Positions 57,189-64,000 of a stretch of DNA of 64,000 bases are shown in pieces. The notes under the pieces are model-generated. The model saw nothing but the letters and a program-made list of their open reading frames with translations, had not been told where the DNA came from and did not search any database. A program made the translations under genes and the position numbers. Source of the DNA: an uncultured Bacilli bacterium (GTDB lineage: Bacteria; Bacillota_I; Bacilli_A; RF39; UBA660); the NCBI GenBank assembly GCA_934148995.1, contig CAKPDM010000001.1:4473-68472 (forward strand), in the 5' to 3' direction. Positions within the stretch are counted from its first letter, which is position 1; each line of letters opens with the position of its first letter.

Positions 57189-57276
57189 TTATACATCACG
57201 CTCCTATATAATCATATCATAATCTTGCACTTAGTGAAAGAATCAAGTATAATTAGTTTAAGATTGAGGTGATAAG

Positions 57277-58536
57277 ATGAAACTTGTTGAACTATCTAAA
57301 ACAGAATTTAACGAATATGCTAATCACTTAGAAATTTGTCCTTTTGAGCAAAGCATCTATTGGGCAAAGTTTAAAGGTGGAGAAGCTTGGCATGCTTATT
57401 TTTTAGGGCTTGAAGATAAAAATAGAATTCTAGGAGCAACCGTATTACTCTCAAAGGAAAATTTTGCTATTAAAAGAAGATTTTTCTATGCGCCACAAGG
57501 TTTTTTAATCGATTATAAAAATTATGATTTATTGGAGTTATTCACCAAAGAAGTTATTAACTTTATTAAAGAAAGAAATGGTATCTATCTAAAAATCGAT
57601 CCAGAAATAATGACTGCCAGTAAAGATGATAATGGTAATGTTATTCAAGGCGGCATTAATAATTTATTTATTAAAGACTACTTAACAAAAATTGGTTTTA
57701 TTGAAAATACTAATGATACTATTAGCCCAAAATATGTAATGAAACTTGACTTAACTAAAAGAAATCTTAATGATGTCTTAGATAATATGCAAAAAAAAGC
57801 AAGACAAATTATCAAAAGAAATGACCGTCTTGGTTACATTGTAAGAGAACTTGATAAAGATGAATTTAATCTTTTTGAAGAAATGATGAAAAAGATTAAT
57901 AAGAATTTTAATACTTTAGAGTGTACTCTTCCTTTCTATGAAGATTTATGTGATGCTTTTACTACTGATCAATTTAAGATTATGGTCGCTGAACTAAATT
58001 TAAATTTAACATTAGAAAATTTAAAAAAGGAAGAAAAAGTCTTACAAATTGAAAAAGAAAAAAGAATAGGAATTTATCAAGAAGGTGGTATGACTGAAGA
58101 AACTTTTATTGATAAAGAACTTTTATATAATGAACAAAAGAAAACAATTAATAATAGAAGAAAATATTATACAGAACTAAAGGAAAAAACTAATCAAGAT
58201 GTTATCTTTTTAGGTGGTTATTTATTTTTATTATATGGTAAGGAAGTCACCGCTCTAATGGGTGGCATGGTAGAAGATTATATTGATTTGGATGCTTCTT
58301 ATTCTATTCATTATAGAATGATTAAAGAAGCAATCGAAGATAATTATAATTCTTACAATTTTTATGAAGTAAAAGATTTAAATGATGGTAGTTATTATTT
58401 TAAGAAAAACTTTGGTGCAGAAGTATTTGAACATATCGGAGAATTTGATTATCCCATTGATATGAATGCTTATAATAAGTATAAAAGGTATTTTCCTTCT
58501 TATTATGGAGTAAAAACTATTTACAAAAGTAAATAA
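57277..58536 (+). CDS. FemAB-family peptidoglycan interpeptide aminoacyltransferase (second paralog)
   Basis: 419 aa. Same architecture as 54319-55536, divergently arranged around the flippase. Confidence 0.75.
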   Translation: MKLVELSKTEFNEYANHLEICPFEQSIYWAKFKGGEAWHAYFLGLEDKNRILGATVLLSKENFAIKRRFFYAPQGFLIDYKNYDLLELFTKEVINFIKERNGIYLKIDPEIMTASKDDNGNVIQGGINNLFIKDYLTKIGFIENTNDTISPKYVMKLDLTKRNLNDVLDNMQKKARQIIKRNDRLGYIVRELDKDEFNLFEEMMKKINKNFNTLECTLPFYEDLCDAFTTDQFKIMVAELNLNLTLENLKKEEKVLQIEKEKRIGIYQEGGMTEETFIDKELLYNEQKKTINNRRKYYTELKEKTNQDVIFLGGYLFLLYGKEVTALMGGMVEDYIDLDASYSIHYRMIKEAIEDNYNSYNFYEVKDLNDGSYYFKKNFGAEVFEHIGEFDYPIDMNAYNKYKRYFPSYYGVKTIYKSK

Positions 58537-58693
58537 TCATTGCTGAGAAACAATAGATTTGTTCTTCTCCAGAAGGAAAGGAACTAACTTCATATTTAAT
58601 ATCAACAACTTCTCCTTCTAAATCACTTAAGAAGTTATTCATCGCTTCTTGTAAATCTCCTTCATCTTCAAAATCAAATATTTTCACTTTCAT
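58517..58693 (-). CDS. Cse60-like small sporulation protein
   Basis: MKVKIFDFEDEGDLQEAMNNFL...VVDIKYEVS...FSAMIIY resembles B. subtilis Cse60/YteV as I recall it. The start is taken at the internal ATG. Confidence 0.5.
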   Translation of the reverse strand: MKVKIFDFEDEGDLQEAMNNFLSDLEGEVVDIKYEVSSFPSGEEQIYCFSAMIIYFCK

Positions 58694-58771
58694 CTTTATC
58701 ACCAAATCTATTATAAAAAACTTTGTCCACAAAAATTGTTGAAAAAAATAAGACTGAGTTAATTTTCAGTC

Positions 58772-60883
58772 TTATTTTACTTCTACTTTAGAAATTACTA
58801 AATTGTTATCTTTTACATCAAAAGTAACTGTAGCATTATATGGAATAGTTCCTTTTATTAATTCATGGGCAAGTAAGCTTTCTATTGTCTTACTAACTTC
58901 TCGTTTCAAAGGTCTTGCTCCATAGTTAATGTCATAACCAGCATCTACCAAATAATCTCTAGCAGCAGTAGTTAATGCCAATTTAATTTGATCGTTACTT
59001 AGTCTTTTCTCAATATCTTTAATAATTTTATCAAGTATTTTGTAAATAACATCTTTAGTTAATGGTTTAAAGATAATTACTTCATCAATACGGTTAATAA
59101 ATTCTGGACGAAAATGATTTTTTAATTCACTTTCTACTTTACTAGTATCACCATCTAGAATATATTCACTTCCAAGATTAGATGTCATTATAATAATAGT
59201 ATTTTTAAAATCAACAGTACGTCCATTAGAGTCGGTTATTCTACCATCATCTAATATTTGTAGTAATAAGTTTAATACTTCCGGATGAGCTTTTTCTATT
59301 TCATCAAATAATACTATACTATATGGATTACGTCTTACGGCTTCGGTAAGTTGTCCTCCTTCTTCATAACCAACATATCCTGGAGGAGAACCAATAAGTC
59401 TTGAAACACTGAATTTTTCCATATATTCACTCATATCGATACGAACTATATGTTTCTCATCATCAAATAATTCACTGGCTAGTGTTCTAGCTACTTCAGT
59501 CTTACCTACTCCAGTAGGTCCTAAGAAGATGAAAGAACCAATCGGACGATTAGGGTCTTTAATACCACTTCTTGATTTAATGATAGCTTCACTTACTAAG
59601 TGTAGAGCTTCATCTTGACCCATTACTCTATGTTTCATTGCTTGTTCAAGATTTAGTAGTTTTTCTTTCTCACTACTAACTAATTTGCTAAGTGGAATAT
59701 TAGTCCATTTAGAAATGATAGTAGCAATATCTTCTTCATCAACATGATCACTTAATAGTTTCTTAGTGTCTTTACTTTTTAACTCTTCTAGTTCTTTTTC
59801 AAGGCGAGGTAGGGTTCCATGTCTTAATCTAGCAGCTGTTTCTAAGTCATATTTATTTTCAGCTTGTTCTAAATCAAATCTAGTTCTTTCTATCTCTTTC
59901 TTTTTATTTTGTATTTTAGTATAAAGACTTTTCTCTTCTTCCCAAGCTTCTTTAAAGTCTTTTTCTTGTTTCTTCAACCCAACTAGTTCTTTATCAATTT
60001 CTTCTTTACGGTTCATTGATAACTGGTCTTTTTCTTTCTTTATCGCCTGACGTTCTATTTCTAAGCTCATAATTTTTCTAGTTAAAGAGTCAAGAGCATT
60101 AGGAACAGAGTCCATCTGAACTCTTATCGTTGCACAAGCTTCATCTATTAAATCGATGGCTTTATCTGGTAAAAATCTATCTGTAATATATCTATCGGAT
60201 AAAGTTGCAGCAGCAACAAGTGCTTTATCTTGAATAGTTACACCATGATGAATTTCAAATCTTTCTTTAAGCCCTCTTAAAATAGTAATTGTGTCCATTA
60301 CACTTGGCTCGTTTACTTTAATCTTTTGAAAACGTCTTTCAAGAGCACCATCTTTTTCAATGTATTTACGATATTCATTCAAAGTAGTAGCACCAATCAC
60401 GTGAATTTCCCCACGAGCTAGCATTGGTTTTAAGATGTTAGAAGTATCCATAGCTCCTTCCATATTACCAGTACCAACGATAGTATGAATTTCATCGATA
60501 AACATAATGATAGAGCCTTCACTCTTCTTTATTTCATTTAAGACATTTTTTAGTCTTTCCTCAAATTCACCACGATATTTAGCACCAGCTACTAAAGAAG
60601 CCATATCTAATTCCCAAACTGTTTTATTTTTTAAGCTAGCAGGTACATCTCCTTTAACAATTCTTAAAGCTAAACCTTCGACAATAGCAGTTTTACCAAC
60701 ACCAGGTTCTCCGATTAAAACGGGATTATTCTTAGTTTTACGAGATAAAACCCTAGTAATATTTCTGATTTCTTCATCTCGACCAATAACTGGGTCTATC
60801 TTACCAGCAAGAACTGCTTCGTTTATATTACGTCCATATTTTTCTAAGACATTTTCTTTTTCTTGGTTTTGTTCTTGATACAT
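58772..60883 (-). CDS. clpB: ClpB-type AAA+ disaggregase lacking the N-terminal domain
   Basis: Begins directly at [10 protein letters not shown]...[13 protein letters not shown]. Two Walker A motifs ([16 protein letters not shown]) and a long coiled-coil M-domain between them. The start at 60883 follows GTGAGGGG. Confidence 0.85.
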   Translation of the reverse strand: MYQEQNQEKENVLEKYGRNINEAVLAGKIDPVIGRDEEIRNITRVLSRKTKNNPVLIGEPGVGKTAIVEGLALRIVKGDVPASLKNKTVWELDMASLVAGAKYRGEFEERLKNVLNEIKKSEGSIIMFIDEIHTIVGTGNMEGAMDTSNILKPMLARGEIHVIGATTLNEYRKYIEKDGALERRFQKIKVNEPSVMDTITILRGLKERFEIHHGVTIQDKALVAAATLSDRYITDRFLPDKAIDLIDEACATIRVQMDSVPNALDSLTRKIMSLEIERQAIKKEKDQLSMNRKEEIDKELVGLKKQEKDFKEAWEEEKSLYTKIQNKKKEIERTRFDLEQAENKYDLETAARLRHGTLPRLEKELEELKSKDTKKLLSDHVDEEDIATIISKWTNIPLSKLVSSEKEKLLNLEQAMKHRVMGQDEALHLVSEAIIKSRSGIKDPNRPIGSFIFLGPTGVGKTEVARTLASELFDDEKHIVRIDMSEYMEKFSVSRLIGSPPGYVGYEEGGQLTEAVRRNPYSIVLFDEIEKAHPEVLNLLLQILDDGRITDSNGRTVDFKNTIIIMTSNLGSEYILDGDTSKVESELKNHFRPEFINRIDEVIIFKPLTKDVIYKILDKIIKDIEKRLSNDQIKLALTTAARDYLVDAGYDINYGARPLKREVSKTIESLLAHELIKGTIPYNATVTFDVKDNNLVISKVEVK

Positions 60884-60947
60884 AATATATCCCCTCACTT
60901 TCAAGACATATTATATAGCAAAAATTAGCACTTGTCAATAGTGAGTG

Positions 60948-62732
60948 CTAATCTATTTTATATGGAGCCATTGATGTTCCATCTCCACTAATTATTTTGA
61001 CATCAGGTTTCAAATTTATGACTGGTTTAACCCCATAAGAGTCTGTTATATGTTTATCCATACTCAAATCACCTGTTGACGAAATGGTCGCTACATATGC
61101 ATATGTATGGTTTGATGTAAACTTTACTGGGGTAAAACTCCAATAGTAAGTATTATTATATAAATAATAATCAGTATTTGTTTCACTATATACTCCTCCC
61201 GCAAAAGAAACTTCATCACCTATAATTAATCCTATTGGATAATTTAACCTAACACTAGTACCTGATACTCTAAATTGATCATTTTCTTGATTACATTTTA
61301 GGCTTGGCGTTTTTTCAATTATTAATCTATTGTAAGAACCATAATAAGTAGATGAGTCTACTTTATATCCTGTTCCGCTGAATATACTTCTATCATTACA
61401 AAAAGTTTCATTTGCTAAATATTGTGAGTAATCTATAAGATTTTCCTCATACCAATTGTCTAATTTTATTTTTATATCAGAATCAGTTGTATTTGTTTGA
61501 GCTGAGATTAAGCTTTTTGAACTATATGATATCGGTTGAACAGTCATTATTTTAGAGTGAACATAACCTGTTACTTTATAAGCTACATTACAATTCGTAT
61601 TTAAGCAACTATATAACTGATTATTTATTATTTCTTCATGATTGCTATCCCAAATTAATTCCTTTAAATTACCCGTTAAAATGAATTTTTTTGTTGATTC
61701 ATCAAAGCTATATCCTGTTCCATATAAATATTTTTGTGTATTGAAAAACCAAGAATTTTCTGTAATCTCATTATCTTCATGTAGTGAAAAGTCTTCATTA
61801 TATTTATAGCCTACATATGTTGGATCCCAATATTTATTATTAAATGAAGAACTCCCTATTATAGTGTCTTTTCCTGTATCATTAGTTTTCTTTCCTGCAT
61901 AGATCATTCTGATACTTCCGTCTCCATTTTGACGAATTATTCTCCAGATAAATCCTGCAAATGATACATAATTATTTTTGACTGCTCCTCGATAATAATA
62001 ACTGGCTCCGTCATCATCTTCTGCCATGAACAATCCTTCATCTGTTGTTGCTGTCTTTGAAAAGTCTGGGATGCCCTTTGAAACTATATTCTGTTTAGCA
62101 GTTTCTACTGATGTTTCATGATTATTCATTACTAGCATACAGTCTGATAGAGTATTGAAACCATTATCTTTACAATAACTATCACCTTGACCTACTACTA
62201 CTTTTATCTTTCCAAAGTAATATTTATTCATTGCTGTATTATCTGCACCTATTGATAACCATACTCTTAAATTAAATTTATCTGTTGCTTTACTTTTAAT
62301 TCTTCCTGTGTATAATGCATTTGATGTAGTTGATAAATTACTTGTTTTTAATAATTCGCTATCATTTGCTAAGTTATATCTTATAAATTTATATGGTACT
62401 AACTCACAATCTGTCCCACATTTATTCTGAGCTTCTTTATCATCTTCTAAATAGATAGTATATTTTAAATCCGTAGTACCATTATTTATTAAGAGAAAAC
62501 TATAAGGTTCACCACTTAGTCCTTCACTATCTTCTTGGGGAATAGCATTTGTAAGACTTATTTCTTTAGAACTAGAATCATCTAGTTTTACATCCAAATC
62601 CCCTATCTTATAGATAACTTTATTACTACTACCAACTATATTCTTTGTAAGTAAAGCATAACTTACTCCTAAAACCATAGTTACTACTAAAATTAAACAA
62701 ATTATCAACATCAATCGTTTCCTTTTCTTCAT
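60948..62732 (-). CDS. Secreted/anchored protein; N-terminal domain paralogous to 4946-6115
   Basis: 594 aa. Signal/TM ending GVSYALLTKN and shared blocks YTIYLEDD, FNLRVWLS, GKIKVVVGQ. The C-terminal ~400 aa is unrelated to the paralog. Confidence 0.6.
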   Translation of the reverse strand: MKKRKRLMLIICLILVVTMVLGVSYALLTKNIVGSSNKVIYKIGDLDVKLDDSSSKEISLTNAIPQEDSEGLSGEPYSFLLINNGTTDLKYTIYLEDDKEAQNKCGTDCELVPYKFIRYNLANDSELLKTSNLSTTSNALYTGRIKSKATDKFNLRVWLSIGADNTAMNKYYFGKIKVVVGQGDSYCKDNGFNTLSDCMLVMNNHETSVETAKQNIVSKGIPDFSKTATTDEGLFMAEDDDGASYYYRGAVKNNYVSFAGFIWRIIRQNGDGSIRMIYAGKKTNDTGKDTIIGSSSFNNKYWDPTYVGYKYNEDFSLHEDNEITENSWFFNTQKYLYGTGYSFDESTKKFILTGNLKELIWDSNHEEIINNQLYSCLNTNCNVAYKVTGYVHSKIMTVQPISYSSKSLISAQTNTTDSDIKIKLDNWYEENLIDYSQYLANETFCNDRSIFSGTGYKVDSSTYYGSYNRLIIEKTPSLKCNQENDQFRVSGTSVRLNYPIGLIIGDEVSFAGGVYSETNTDYYLYNNTYYWSFTPVKFTSNHTYAYVATISSTGDLSMDKHITDSYGVKPVINLKPDVKIISGDGTSMAPYKID

Positions 62733-62801
62733 TTATCTCGCTCCTTTTATATCAACAAAAAAAGATAGACCTATACAAATATGTATAAATCTACCTTTAA
62801 A

Positions 62802-62911
62802 GCACAATAAAAGAAAGTAGTTTTAATTAGATTGAATAAATACCCCCCCCCCAGGTTAATTTTTGGTTAACTCGAGGCCTTAAGCAAATTATGTAGAAAG
62901 AACGAACAATT
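62802..62911 (-). promoter_or_regulatory. Conserved upstream element with a G10 homopolymer (copy B)
   Basis: C10 run at 62843-62852 on plus, adjacent GTTAA/TTAAC hairpin, and the blocks GCACAATAAAAGAAAGTAG and GAACAATT shared with 6174-6272. It lies about 70-180 nt upstream of the start at 62732. Confidence 0.55.
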
Positions 62912-63057
62912 TTTTTAATTTTATTTAAGTAAACATTGGTCATCATTCAATCCCTACTCTCTAGATGTCTTCAATACTTATAGCGGAAAAATATCAGTAT
63001 TTTTGACATTTTAATCGTATCATGTTTTTTAATTCTTGGCAATAGATATATTATATT

Positions 63058-63086
63058 TTAAAAAAAAATGTCTAAATTTGACATTT
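63058..63086 (-). terminator. Intrinsic terminator after the ctp gene
   Basis: Minus strand AAATGTC-AAATTTA-GACATTT followed by a long U-run (A9 at 63060-63068 on plus). Confidence 0.6.
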
Positions 63087-63089
63087 TTA

Positions 63090-64000
63090 TTATTTACTTG
63101 CTAATTCAATAGCTGCTTTTAGTTGGGTATCATTATCCTCTGTCAATGTTTCGCCATCAGCTAATTCTAGTTTAACTTCTTTTGTAGGAGTAACACCTTT
63201 TTCATTAATCCAAGTTCCTTTAGGTGTTAACCATTTTTGAACAGTATATTTGATAGTATCACCATTGTTCAAATCACCAGTTTTTTGAACTGTTCCTTTT
63301 CCATAGGAGTTAACTCCTACTACTTCTGCACCGTATGTTTCTTTAAAGGCACTTGCTAATATTTCGCTAGCTGAAGCACTATTTTCATTAATAATAACTG
63401 TTACAGGATATTTATAGGTAGCTTTACTACTAGTTCCATAGACTTTTTGTTTTTTATCTTTTGTTTGTAATTGATAAATAACATCCTTCTTAGTCATAAA
63501 TAATGATAATATATCAGTAACTTGGGTTAGGTAACCTCCTGGATTATCACGAACATCAATAACTAATTTATCAATTTTTTGTTTTTCTAATGAAGTTAGT
63601 TCCTTCTTTACTTGTTTACCAATATTATTAGAAAACATTTCAATCTTTAAATAACCTATCTTTTTACCATTCTGTTCATATACTTTACTACTAGTATATG
63701 GCATATCAACTGTCGCTCTAGTTACTTTTAATACTTTTTCTTGATTATCTCTAGTAATAGTTATCTCTACATCTTTACTTTTGGCATTTTTAATACTACT
63801 AACAACTTCTGATAAAGTCTTTCCTTCTGTACTTTCACCATTTACTTTAGTAATATAATCCCCTACTTTAATACCAGCTTTTTTAGCAGGAGTATCATCA
63901 AAAACTTTAGTTACTTTAACTTTATTATTATCACTAGTAACTTCAACACCAATTCCTTCATAGTTACCTTCTAAAGTTTGATTAAAGGTTGTACTATTAG
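63090..64000 (-). CDS. ctpA: S41-family C-terminal processing peptidase; 5' end beyond the window
   Basis: DVRDNPGGYL, ENSASASEILA, GKGTVQ catalytic blocks. The frame stays open upstream of the ORF-track Met at 63704 through a PDZ-like region (AGIKVGDYITKVNGES) to the window edge. Confidence 0.85.
   Translation of the reverse strand, partial: NSTTFNQTLEGNYEGIGVEVTSDNNKVKVTKVFDDTPAKKAGIKVGDYITKVNGESTEGKTLSEVVSSIKNAKSKDVEITITRDNQEKVLKVTRATVDMPYTSSKVYEQNGKKIGYLKIEMFSNNIGKQVKKELTSLEKQKIDKLVIDVRDNPGGYLTQVTDILSLFMTKKDVIYQLQTKDKKQKVYGTSSKATYKYPVTVIINENSASASEILASAFKETYGAEVVGVNSYGKGTVQKTGDLNNGDTIKYTVQKWLTPKGTWINEKGVTPTKEVKLELADGETLTEDNDTQLKAAIELASK

Noticed and set aside
2356-60878. Many 60-127-aa ORFs antisense to or overlapping confident genes: 2356-2553, 2540-2788, 3374-3556, 7909-8259, 8848-9231, 11012-11284, 16238-16432, 23200-23412, 26225-26437, 26617-26829, 31739-32002, 33054-33242, 38160-38537, 41878-42060, 43389-43598, 47174-47422, 50330-50569, 53489-53692, 60507-60878
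   Set aside because: These are shadow ORFs of the kind common in AT-rich DNA. They have low-complexity Ser/Phe/Leu/Ile-rich translations and no Shine-Dalgarno, and each lies inside a well-supported gene on the other strand or in another frame.

Overview
This is a visibly AT-rich chromosomal segment from a low-GC, spore-forming Firmicute. An alpha/beta-type SASP, a Cse60-like protein, FemAB paralogs and a VanY-type peptidase support that; the gene content looks Erysipelotrichia- or Clostridia-like, but the taxon cannot be determined from here. Most of the window is housekeeping, largely on the minus strand: ackA, thiI plus a cysteine desulfurase, an osmoprotectant ABC transporter, nth, dnaD, cca, a LysM amidase, rplM-rpsI-truA, a GH31 hydrolase, clpB and ctpA. 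Embedded in this are several accessory or unusual loci. (1) A type II CRISPR-Cas locus at about 20.9-29.2 kb has a 20-repeat array, a predicted tracrRNA and a long csn2-like gene on the plus strand. These converge on cas9-cas1-cas2 on the minus strand. An unknown 128-aa gene and an orphan degenerate repeat are wedged between the array and csn2. (2) A roughly 4 kb decayed mobile island at 13.1-17.3 kb carries a disrupted IS91-like transposase and an XRE/ImmA module, bracketed by diverged direct repeats of the amidase 5' end. (3) A tRNA-Trp / HEPN-like gene / tRNA-Phe islet is followed by an MqsR-like toxin paired with a Zn-ribbon-HTH-DUF4065 (Panacea-like) antitoxin. (4) Two paralogous secreted proteins 55 kb apart each sit behind the same conserved upstream element, which contains a G9 or G10 homopolymer and is a candidate phase-variation switch. 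(5) A dense cluster of TTTTCCACA (DnaA-box-type) motifs lies around a UvrD-like helicase gene. All calls come from reading the sequence and ORF translations. No database search was run, so family names are recognition-level assignments.
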